From assembly GCA_030141605.1 (NCBI GenBank), contig JAQGDQ010000014.1, positions 806,001 through 870,000 of the forward strand: a stretch of DNA of 64,000 nt, read 5' to 3'. The notes below the pieces were generated by a model, which saw only the letters and a program-made list of their open reading frames with translations, had not been told where the DNA came from and made no database searches. This stretch comes from Tubiluchus corallicola. Its lineage: Eukaryota > Animalia > Priapulida. This document shows, in pieces, positions 13,801 to 25,400 of the stretch. Made by a program: the position numbers and the translations under genes. Each line of letters opens with the position of its first letter. Positions within the stretch are counted from its first letter, which is position 1.

Positions 13801-16800
13801 CTTTAAACAGTTCCATTGATTGATGATGATCGTGAAAAGGTCAAAGGTTAAGTGAACCAGACAACGCATTTGTGTACCCCTGACAGCGCCTCGCAGCCCA
13901 TGTTATTGTAATAGTAACCGTTTTAACATCTAGCTAGAACCTTACCTAGTTCACTTTTTTCTTGTTCCCAAGATAGATCCTGCTAGTAAATCACTCTACT
14001 CACAAACTAACACAAGTGTGCATAAAACAATTGAAGCTACTGAACTGGAATCAAAAATGTTTAATTTAATAAAAGTGGAAAATCAGTAACATGCTGGATA
14101 TAATACGAAATGTGCATCAACTAATTTATGTAACTTTAAACCAGTTCTTTATATGTGAAAGTTATATTCTTATATTGGGGTATAATTGGGCATCCGTCAT
14201 GTAATAGCAGACTTTGTTTTTTGAAAATAGTTTGTTTTTTAGTCACTGTTACATTTAATAGAAGCTGTTTGCATTTTCAGGCACAGTCTCTGTGGGTTTT
14301 CTCGTCATCTTCATAATCATCAAATTGGCAGTTTGTGGAATTGATTTTGATTTTGCCGATTTTCCTCGTAAGTTTTTTCTTTTGCCAGTTTTAGTTTTTC
14401 CGTATTTAAATTGGATTTTTCTATTTTTACTGATTTTCTAAATTCGAAATTGAATAGATGTTTCCATTGTTTGATTTTTTATGCATTTTCTATGAGCCAG
14501 CATATAGTGGTAGGTACTGCTTAATGTGAATGGATTGATCCTAACTCATTGTTGAAATTTAATATATTAAGCTGACACACTGAACAAGCAGCGGTGTCTT
14601 ACCCACATTCGAGTACATCCACATCCCCTCTCAGAAAGACAAATTGCAAGCAGAAAGAAATTAAACAGTAGAAATATGAATCAAACTCGTAAAATTTTAA
14701 TTTATATGAATTAAGCAGTACTGGAATGCATGAAGTCTTGGCTTTGTTTAATGACGTTTTGCTGGAATGCATTAGTGTTGTTAAGCGGGGACTTGCTATA
14801 CTTTATGTAAATAACTTTTATTTGATCTATTCTTATGTACAGATGCCAGTGGTATGTTTCCGGCTCTAACAGGAACAATGTCCTTGGCTTACTTCATCCA
14901 TCCTGCCATCACTTCTATAGTGAGAAACCAAGCAAAGCCTGAAAACAGCGTGAGTTTGTAAATGTGTTTTAACGAGCTAAATGGCATGAATTATACCCAA
15001 GACTGCAATAGTCTTCATTCTTTAGTAAACTATTTTGTCAGCAGAAATAATAATAAATTGTTCATGATATTTCTGCTAATTGACTAACATCAAATTAATG
15101 GACCTCATCTTAAACTATAGCTCAAAACAAAAGAACCTATGAAATACTGAAAGGGAGAACATGCTGATTTTTTAAGAATGATATATGTGAACGAATTTTT
15201 ACCGCATAAATGCAATTTTGTGTTCTTGCAGCTACTTTTTTGCTGTTACATGGATTTCACCATTCATTAGTTAGATGGGTACTAGTGCCTGCACCTTGGA
15301 AAGTTGGAAACGTGTTGCACAAAAAACGTGCTGTACCTCTCAGTTCAGTTGTGTTCGGTTGTGGCATAGTGCATATGTTCGAGAGTGTAAACTCGAAATT
15401 TGAATTTTAAACTTAAAATGTGTCAAGCTTTTGTATATCACACTGAATGTCATTGAACAGCACTGCACTTTAATTTATGCTTTCACAAACACATGAAACA
15501 TACTCATGCAATGTTAAAAATTATGTTCAGTTGTGATGTCATCACTAGTTGGGCTCCTGCCATTAATTTATTAATTAGTTATCAGATATGCTTCAGCATT
15601 GTTATAGGTGTTAAAATGTATACTTTTTACCGTACTTCAAAATGGGGTAGGATACGAGAAGTCATTTTCATTTTTTCCTTTAAACTTCCTTAATAATCTT
15701 TTTAGTATTGCAGTAAACTTTGCTTAATACTTATTAACTACTGTTTTGTTTTATCTTGTATCAAAGCTCAAGTTTTGCTTGGCATCTATTATGTAAACAT
15801 TTTTATGGGGATTGCCATTTGGAGAACCATATTTATCCTGACAAGTGCTCAAAACATATGACACTTGTAGTCACACAAGTTGGCATAAGTAGTATTTTGC
15901 ATAGTGATTTTATTGTTTTACAAAAGCACAACTTCAGCAGAGGTGGCTGTGTGATTCTTTGTTCTTTCATAACAATGTCTTGTTTGATTTATAGGAATTC
16001 ATAATCTTACTTGTTACAGATGTGATAACAACATAAAACCTACAGGATGGATAATGTAACATTTTCAAATCAATTGGTCTTTATCTTACAGGCTAGAGAC
16101 TTAGGGATTGCTTATATTCTAGTAGCACTGACCTACATCTTTGTAGCTACAATGTTTTACGTCTACTTTCCATTGGACAAGGGATGCATAAGAGACGTAA
16201 GGCTTTCATGTGAACTATTAGTTTATCACGAATTGCTTTAATGGAACAGTAAAAACAAAAAAGACTGTACAAGTCTCACTGTCAAGTGAGCATGCTGTAG
16301 TAGTGATAGCTTTTTGACAAATCATTGTCTTGTTATGGCATTTATTTGAATAAGAGCATGCATGCTATTGTTTAATCCAAACAATGTTCTTCTAATCTTT
16401 AGCCTGTTTCCCATAATTTGTCGCCTAAAGAGAAAGTTGTACATTGAAATGTCTTGATTTTTTTAGTTGCCTTGTGCTGGGTCTTTTTTATTTATTAATT
16501 ATTCTGATTTTTGTTCTAAATTATTTTCGTGTCATATAGCATGTTTGAATTACAGATATTTTTAAAATCTTCAATTTTCTATGTATATAAAGTGAGCAAC
16601 TAATGAAACTGCATAATATTTTCTGTTGCAGAATTTTTTTGACAACTTCCAGTCGCAAGATGTGCTGACGTTTATTGCCAGAGTGTTCTTTCTCTTCCAA
16701 ATGACCACCGTCTTTCCTCTGATTGCCTATATTTTTCGACTGCAGTTCATGCATGCTGTTTTCGGAAATATATATCCAAGGTTATTTTTTGAGTTTCAGC

Positions 16801-18978
16801 TGAGCTGCATTTTTAAATATTTTTTTTATTCATAAAAGTATTTTACTGGGGTTGCTATTGATAAAATTGTTTTGTTTTTAACTTTTAATCTTAATATAAG
16901 TTATGTACAATTCGTTCATAGTGGTTCAAGGTCAGTGAATCACAGTAAATTTGAAGCTGTTGAGTTGGTTCTCGATTCCACTATTTAAAATCACAGTCAT
17001 GGAACCAAAAGCTTTTAAGAATTTGATTGATAAAAATTTTTGCCTTGCTATTCTTGTTTAATATTACAAAAATTAAGAAAAATATTAGTAGCCAATTTAT
17101 GGGTTCGGCCATCATAATCCACAGTGCCGTCTTTACTGTGCTTTAATCCAAAACAAACCTGTATATGTAAGCTTTGTAACTCAAAAGCTGGTAAATACCA
17201 TAACTTGACATGTACAGTAAATACTATTTCCCTATACTAGTTGGTATGCAGCTAGTTAATTCAAGGCCTGTTATTCTTGCCAATTAGAGTTAAACATTCT
17301 CAATTAATGTATATATACCCGTTAAACTATTTTAGACTAACTTATGTAGTTTTATGATGTGTATGTGTTTTAAATTACCATTCTGGTGCAATAAAATGTT
17401 CTTTAAATATAAGTTATGCTTATTTCTTATCATTCCTTTTTCAGTTTGTGCCATGTGCTGGTACTTAATGCAGTCCTGGTAGTAATTTGTATATTATTTG
17501 CTGTCTTTCTACCTAGTATTGGGACAATTATAAGGTATTATTTTAATTTCTTGTTGCATGTGAATATCTTTTCAAAGAATGGTCCAGGTTAGACACAGCA
17601 GTGTGAAATGCATCTGAAACAAGATAATTTTTGGTCTTACTAGGGTTTATTAAACAGAGCATTGGGCATTGTGCATTTACTGAGTAGAATAATCACAAAT
17701 TGATAATCTTCATTTCTTGTAAGCAATGTAGACGTTGAAGTCAAAAAATTTATTCCTTATCTGGGCAAAGATATTCATGAAAGTTTTTAGAAATGGCTTC
17801 ACAATTTGGGAGATTTTGTACCTTTTGCAACCTTTTAATGTTAATAATTTATTACTGCTGCAATTCCATTTCATCGTTTAAAAATTTGAAACTACCTCCT
17901 CTTGACTTACACATAGGTTAGATACACATCTATGTGGTGAATGAATCATATTTAAGTATAATTACTTATGCTTAATTATGTTTAAGTATAATTATTTGAG
18001 ACTAGCAAGTGAAACACCTTCCTTTCAACTGACTTTTCTGCTTTACTATCAGGAGAAGACAGAATGTCTTGTGACTCTTGCTACTCATGTGTAAAATGGA
18101 ATTCAATGCACTTTATAAACTTTCTCACTTCAATAAACACATGAAAACAATACTAAATTACAAAAGTATTTTGTATCTCCACTGGGACTCTATCCCAGGG
18201 CCTACCACTTTCTGGGCAACTATCCCAAGATTTTTACTCTTTGAAGTATTAGAGGTCTATCAATGTGGAATAACATTGTGTCAAAATATTAAATGCTGTT
18301 TTCAAGGCACGATTTCTTAGGAACAAAGCCATAAAATGTAATAAAATTAGTATGAAATTTCAAGCTACATAGATCTTTTGATTTAAATAAGCTTGTAAAA
18401 CATCAAATTTGACTTTTAACAATCAGGGTTCAACTTTCTTTGGGTGTTTTTTTATGTTGTAAGTAGGTAGTAATTTTGATGGTTTAGTATTTACTATTGA
18501 AATTAAATTTCATGTTGTTGGTACTCTTGCAATATAATTTTTGTATTGTTATAATTGAAAAATTTGTGTTTAGAAAAAAAGCATAAAAAACAAACGAAAC
18601 CTTGCAAATTAAAAGATATTCAAAATTTATTTGTCCACCACATTTCTGTCAAACACTGGTCATCATCAGGGCCTGTTTCGCTCCCTAATGATGATCAGTG
18701 TTTGCTCGAAATTCATTGGACGAATAATTTTTGAATATCTTTACAACTTGTTTCAGTGGTTATCTTTAAATTGAGTATGTAATTATGGTTTCAGATTCAC
18801 AGGAGCTTTCAGTGGTCTAGCTTACATGTTTGCATTACCGAGTGTCGTGTACATGCTTAGCGTTCAGCAACAAGGAAAACTGAGCAATTCTTGCATCATC
18901 ATTCATTCTATTATCATCATCCTTGGGTTGGCTAACTTTGCAGCGCAGTTTGTAATTCTGGGAGATTTCTCTTCATGA
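4856..18978 (+). CDS. SLC38A9: Sodium-coupled neutral amino acid transporter 9 (lysosomal arginine sensor upstream of mTORC1), isoform A, ~629 aa, 15 coding exons
   Basis: Exons: 4856-4971, 8927-8992, 9454-9640, 9878-9963, 10539-10602, 11095-11188, 11791-11958, 12609-12674, 13369-13689, 14281-14367, 14843-14949, 16092-16196, 16632-16780, 17445-17534, 18795-18978 (TGA). Total 1890 nt, all phases consistent, GT-AG except GC-AG at 10603-11094. Family motifs: RRPF, RYKYYSKL, IPDHVLP, IFSIWNTMMGTSLLSMPW, VVYWVLMTNFL, NFKSPTFFTKFNSLG, RDLGIAYILV, FQMTTVFPL, GLANFAAQF. The N-terminal exons are less certain than the transmembrane core. Confidence 0.93.
5807..6192. mobile_element. Probable degenerate non-autonomous DNA transposon (MITE-like)
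   Basis: GC-richer island with degenerate inverted ends (gcagggccaggtta... / ...taatacaggcct) and internal ggggcccc-type and poly-C motifs. No clear target-site duplication. Confidence 0.35.
7664..7881 (+). CDS. SLC38A9: Putative alternative first coding exon of SLC38A9 (isoform B, ~663 aa)
   Basis: ATG-initiated ORF MYRVNERED...SERTPLL...GEKSR ending at TAG|GTGATT in phase 2, the phase required by the shared exon at 8927. A small CpG cluster lies just upstream (~7580-7620). Confidence 0.6.
18612..18742. mobile_element. Inverted pair of hammerhead-ribozyme-like motifs, probable Penelope-like element terminal-repeat relic
   Basis: Imperfect ~60-bp inverted arms (18612-18671 and 18683-18742) with an 11-nt spacer. 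Minus arm reads ccCTGATGAtgaccagtgtttgacaGAAAtg...aataaaa; plus arm reads ccCTAATGAtgatcagtgtttgctcGAAAtt. Confidence 0.6.
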
Positions 18979-19891
18979 CACAGACAAATATTGTATTAGC
19001 AAATAGTCTTGTATTGTTAAAATGTACTATACACATTGTACAATATTAGTTTTATACCTTTAGCCATATATTTTATGTATATGTATTGCTAGTAGTCTGA
19101 ATTAGACTTATCATAATCAAGTAATATTGGTGCTTCTATCACAGTAGATTAGTGTGTAGGTGCTCGATGCTCAATGCAGGTTTTAACATTGCAATGTAAT
19201 TTGTTTGTTGAAATCATGCATCTGTCAAAATACAGACTGTTGTACAGACAGTCTGAAAATAGTGATTTTTTATACTTGGTCTGTACTTAAAATACTGAGA
19301 TTATTTTTGGAAATTGTTGTTCCTCTTCAGAATTTTAGGCGACATTGATGAGAATACGTGCAATAGCATCAGAATGGGTGAGTTTAATCGAACTCAGTCA
19401 AACAAAGTAATGTATGACTGTGCTATAAATGGGGCTAATCTGACTCACAAAGTTCATACGAAATCACTTGCAAGCTTCAGTGGATAATTGTGCTTCATGT
19501 ATCTGTATTTTTGGCACTAAAATAGTTACAATGCAAGCAGTGTAAATTATTACAATTTTGTTGTTATGTATACAAGAGTTGGTCATCTTCTTGATTAATA
19601 TAGAGGAGCACATTGTATACGTGAACAACAACTGTTTTATGAACAGTATGAAATTACTGCATATTGCTGTATTACTACATTAATACATTTTTAGATTGTT
19701 CTTAAAGAAACACCATGTAAGAAGTACCATGTAACAAAATACACAAGCCAACCTAGCGAATCCTAGCTAATGATAATTATTATTGCTTAGCGAATCTCAC
19801 TTATTCCACAGGGTTTTCAAATTTTTCACAAAAGTATGAAATGTCCTTGATCTTGACTGTTAATGATATTAGTATCAGTTTGTGACAATAT

Positions 19892-19897
19892 AATAAA
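19892..19897 (+). terminator. Candidate polyadenylation signal of SLC38A9
   Basis: AATAAA about 0.9 kb after the stop codon, followed by T/GT-rich sequence. Confidence 0.5.
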
Positions 19898-20049
19898 ATT
19901 TTATTGCTAGTTTATACTTCAATAAGTGATGCTTTTGAAATTTATTTGGCTTACTGGAAATTGCAAACTAGAAACTGCAAAATGTAGAAAGAGGAAGAGA
20001 GAGAGCTCAAGAGAGAGACAGAGTTGATTTACTTCTTTACTTCAAACTT

Positions 20050-20850
20050 TCGTTCGTATCATATTAGTACAACATTAAAAATATAAAATATATACAATGA
20101 AAATACAAGTAAATAAACACACAAAGTAAACAACATTACAAAAAATAATAATAATATTTCGCATTGGCTTCAATCATTATATCAATGAATATCAACAATG
20201 TAAAAATTAAATCTTTCTTACACTGGAAGTAAATAAAGTATCGCTACCGAATGTCGTTCTATATAACAAGTTTTCACTGTTTGAAATTCTAGTGTTCAGG
20301 CTGTAAATGCTTTTTCTGTAAATAACATCAAAGTACACTAATTTATGCGTCACAGAAATGTCCCTGGCACTGTGATCGAACTGGTAATTGAAAAATTTAC
20401 GCATTGATTTATGAGCAACCTTAAGTTTGTTCAGATTATAATTATGAAAATGCCGCCAGGTGACTATACAGTAGAAGCTATTACAATAAGTATTGAATAG
20501 ATGGGTTTTCACAGCATTGGTACAATAGTAAAATGTACGGCATAGCTTATTGGCTCGAGTGTAATAAATGCCTACTTCTCGTATGATATCTAGATCGTCT
20601 CTGTTGTCCCTAGAAATGATGTGACCAAGATATTTTTCATTATCACAAGGCTCAATAACAGATCCAGCCAACTTAAGACTGTCCCGAACTCAAAGTTGCT
20701 CATACTCAGAAGCTTAGTTTTGTCAACATTAATTAAAATATCAAATTTTGCTGCATAATCGACATATATAACACATAATTTCATCAGAGCAGTTGTTGTG
20801 GTACTTAATAGGCAAATATCGTCAGTGTATGTCAAATGATTGTCACAGTG
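20050..20850 (-). mobile_element. Degenerate 3' fragment of a non-LTR retrotransposon (RT core end plus C-terminal region)
   Basis: Overlapping minus ORFs read YTDDICLL (YADD variant)...INVDKTKLL and EKYLGHII...DDLDIIRE...RANKLCRTF...VKTHLFNTYCNSFYC, joined by a frameshift near 20670. Confidence 0.85.
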
Positions 20851-21082
20851 AATTCTCTCCCTCCCTTTCTATTTCCCCTCTCCCACACTCTCTCATTCAC
20901 TCACTTCCTTCACATTCTACGTTGTCCTCTTCCACTTACTTTCTGACTCTTTACATTTTGTAATTTCCACTTCGTTTCGCAAATTACAGCAAGCCTTTAT
21001 TTGTAGTATTTTGTGCGTCAAATTACAGTGAGTTGGTTGATTAAAAAGTACCTTATACCAGGACTAAACAATTTTGAACACC

Positions 21083-21111
21083 TGTGTGTGTGCGTGCGTG
21101 GGTGTGTGTGT
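21083..21111. repeat. Imperfect (TG)n microsatellite
   Basis: tgtgtgtgtgcgtgcgtgggtgtgtgtgt. Confidence 0.8.
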
Positions 21112-21216
21112 ATTCAGCAGGCGAAAATCTAGAAGTCAGCTAACAAAAGCACACTTAATTAACAGAGGCACAATCACAACTTATTTGTATAAATCGTATT
21201 TACACAGTTGTGTAAT

Positions 21217-21222
21217 TTTATT
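21217..21222 (-). terminator. Candidate polyadenylation signal of calreticulin
   Basis: TTTATT on + (AATAAA on -) about 1.2 kb past the stop codon, at the end of a minus-strand U/G-rich UTR-like tract. Confidence 0.5.
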
Positions 21223-22422
21223 GCAAACATTTCTCTACAAGATGCACCAAAAACAAACCATAATTACATAACAAAAAAAACAATCCACGGACATACAGTT
21301 TTAACAGCAAAAACAAGACCTCTTACAAATTCTTGACACAAAAAAGTGAGAAATCACAATACACCACTACCGTAGTAAGCAAAACAAAAATTTTAACAAA
21401 TGTAAAATCAAAATGATTAAGTGAAACTTAAAGAATGGCTAATCAAGTTAAGCAGCACCATTGTTGTGCTAGCACACAACAATGAACAATAACAACGATG
21501 GTGAACATTCATAATCTTCCTGATACTTAATTTGTTTCTGCATATGTAACGGTAACGAGCTTGAAGGGAGATTCGAAGTCGCACATTTTACCCTGGATGT
21601 GACGATTTGCCCTTATATCAGACAACTTTATGCCATGTATGACAATCCTAACAGCGAAAATATTTTTCAAGCACGGATCGCAAACCAATGCAATCACTTA
21701 AAATGAAAATCACATATGCATTTTAATGAAACGATTTGTTCTATTCTCTTCATGTACATGTACCCAGTAATCCATGTATAGTAAACAACTGCACAGTACA
21801 CTTATAATAAATGGAAACGTCAGAAACTCATATTATCGACAAAAGATGATATTCGTTCTCAACAAGTGACCCACCATTTATCTTGATTTAATAAACTGGT
21901 TGCACGTACACAAACTCAAACAAAAATCCTCGCTTTAGGTTATTACAGTTTGAGTAGTCTGTGTTACGCAATTTACGTAATAACGAATTATATTATGCAA
22001 AATAGCTAAATATTATTTTGCACAACTGTCACAAATTACATGTTTTCTACACATTGGGCAGCAGACATCTTAAATAAAATTTGCTCAGAAGAGACAAAGC
22101 ATTGTAGAAAGTATATACTGCCGTCCAGCTGCCACTGAGTGCCTTTTCAGCACCCGTTCCGGAAATAAACCAGTGATTAGTGTTGAGACCTCAGCTGCCA
22201 TTTACCAAGTAAATGAAAGGCCGGCTTAAGTCTGGACATTCTTGAGTACCCAAATATTTCAGTACACAGCTTAATTATATTAGTTCGGTGCTGCAACAGA
22301 TTCATGTTCTTAGATTAAAAAGTGGCAGGGAACCCTACAGATTAAAACCACAAATTTGGATTTTTACAGTTTATGCTCTCAGTCATCGTTTGACACTTTG
22401 TTGAAAAACTTTTCTCATTTTG

Positions 22423-25400
22423 TTACAATTCATCATGATCATGATCATCTGAAGGGACATCATCCTGAAAAATATGATAACCATGTTTAATGTATTTACA
22501 CTTTGGTTAGCACATACTGAAGTTGCTGTAATTAAAAGCTCTACATGTTGTCCATCAATGATTACTATAATTATATCATTTTATAAGCAATTATCACTAA
22601 TATGACTGTCTGGCAACTGTACAGTACACAACCTAATTTGCAACCTGTGTATGGACACTTGCCTTACTTTTGCAGAATTACGTTATTTAGAGAAGGTTTA
22701 CCGGAATTTCGTCATCGTCGGGGAAATCGTCATCAGGTATATCTCCTAGGTCATCGTCGTCCTCATCAAGATCATCGTCTCCTTCATCATCTTCATCTTT
22801 CCGGCGCTTTTCCTCCTCTTCTCGCTGTTTTCTCTCCTCTTCGTCCTGTTCATCCTTCATTTTTTTTTCACCTTTCTGAAAAACAGATCAAATACAGTTT
22901 AAAGTGTGAAACAGTTTTTAAACATCACTGTTGAAGCAAAGAAAAGTTTCATAATTATTTAATTATTTTACAGTCAAAACAATTAGTTAAAAACTGAATT
23001 TTTCTATGTCTCCTCCAAATCACCTAACAAGTTTTTATGTTGAAACTCCTTTCTCACACACTGATCCATGCATTGAAGAGCACCTATTTTCAAAATCAAA
23101 ATGTTTGCCATTCCACCCACCTTTGTATCAAAAAAAGTATCTTTTGCATAATCTGATGCATATTCTTCGTCATCTGTGATTAGAATGTTGTCAAAAATAC
23201 TTCCCGATTTTACCTGAAATAATAAACAAGATTTTGTTAGAAATGAAATCGTCATGCAATGCAAAAAGATAAGAAGTAGTGAAGCTTAACAAACAAAGTA
23301 CAACAAACCTGCCATAAATCCAATCCTACTACACCAAAATCTTTGTACATATAAAGTTTGTTGTCTGGTTCATAATCAGGGTTGTCAATTTCTGGATGAA
23401 TCCATTTGCCCATGTAATTAGGATTGTCGATCTGTTTTGGTGTCCATTCACCCTACAAATATTTAACACGTGTTAAACTGTATGGCTACAATATTCAAAA
23501 GAAAACACTGAAACGTAAATTTCAAAGAATAATGAAATTCACAGCGAATCGTGTCAATCAGGACAAAATGCTGATTTTACAGTAAATTGCTGATTTTTTA
23601 TAATGTATTTATTATGTAGGTCTACAACTTACAAATCAAGCAACAGCAAGCAAGCATGCTTCATATTTTAAAGTTTAATACTTGAACACATTGCTATTTG
23701 ACAAAAACATCAACAAGCAAATCACTAAAGGCCTTGAAGATGAACACAGATAGCAAAATGCCACAAAAGAAGAACTTCCAACTCTCCAGAGCTGCACCAC
23801 TCACACTGGTCTTATAAAACTTATGACTTTCAAACTAGTGTTATGAACACAAACACAACTAAATGATTACAAATTAGGCACTGTTCTATTCAGGAGGATC
23901 TTGGCTCTCCAATCATGCTATTTGTCTAAGCACTGATGACTGATTTAATGGGAAAAAATTAAGAGGAGTAGCCACTCAAGTAGTTCAGTCTGGCTTACAC
24001 TTGCACAAGGGAATTGTCTGCCATACAGAATTTTGCTTCTATTCTATGTATTACATAATATATGATTTTGCATGAAAGCCCATTGCGAATAGAAAGATAC
24101 AAAAATTATCAAATATGACTCTGTTGGTTAGTGAGAGCAGTTTTTCATGACCCATGCAGAATTCAGCCTGGAGTTAACTTTGTTACAACATTATTATAAA
24201 GCTTCAAAAGTTTTCGTAAAATATTACTTTATAATCTGGGTTATCAATCATTGGTGGTTCCCATTCTCCATCCATCTCATCATCCCAATCTTCTGGTTTT
24301 TCTGCATCTGGATCAGCGATATGTTCGGGTTGATCCCAGTCTTCCGGTTTTGAATCATCAGGATCATCCATCTTCTCTTTATCATCCCAGTCTTCAGGTT
24401 TTTTCGCATCTGGATCCTAAATAATTTGTTTAATTAGAACCACCCCTTAACAAACTCGGATTTAATAAACCAGTAAAATGTTACAGTGTGTCAAATTTTC
24501 CCTTTTTATAAGCATTCAACATATTGTAAGTCAGTAATCAAGAAGCACATGTGACTATGAATGATCACCTATTGCATTCGATCTAATCATACATATTTAC
24601 TGCATTCTCTAAAAAGATAATAAAAATGAGATATATGGTCACATTGTAAAGCCAGTAATAGACAATGAAAAGAATTTTGAAAACAAAAGCCTGTTTTTCA
24701 ACTTTAAATTAAATTTTTTCTATGTCAGAGTATGTGAGATTGGGGAAAATGTATTAAAGAATTATTACCACTTTATTTATAAGTTAGGGTGTCAGAATGT
24801 GAAAGTCTTCTAGAGTTGTTTCATGTTAAAACTATGAAGTTGACCAAATGTGGGAAACGTGTTGCACAACTTACAGTATCCAAAGTAAATGGCATGGAAA
24901 ATGTTTTTCAATGAAAATAATTTCTCTTATAAACAAGGCAACAGTAAGGAAGTAGGACAAGGAGTACAAGTTACCTTAATTTTCTTAGGCGGGAGGAAGT
25001 TCCAGTCTTTTTCCAATTCACCACTCTCAACCTTTTCGTCGTCAATCTTTACCACATAGGTGTTATCAGGTTTGACAATCAATGTGTAGAGATGCGTAAA
25101 CTCATCATCCTTAAAACAAAATACATTTAAAATCACTCAATACTTAATACTAAAATCACTTGGAATATAAACTGAAAATAAATTATACATCTAAAAAGGT
25201 GCCATGCATTAGACTAACAAAACACGATTTCTTAACAGTACCAAACAAAACAGAAAATTTACACTTCTACAGCTCAAGAATATCCTGCAAATGCAAGCAG
25301 AAATCCAGCATTTAACAGGAGGACTGTTTACTGACGTTGAATGGCTGTGGCAGGGCCGACAAAAAAGCTGTACATGCTGGTATCAAGTGGCAATGACAAT

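Noticed and set aside
22602-22934. 110-aa His/Arg-rich ORF on +
   Set aside because: Antisense shadow of the acidic calreticulin exon 22702-22875.
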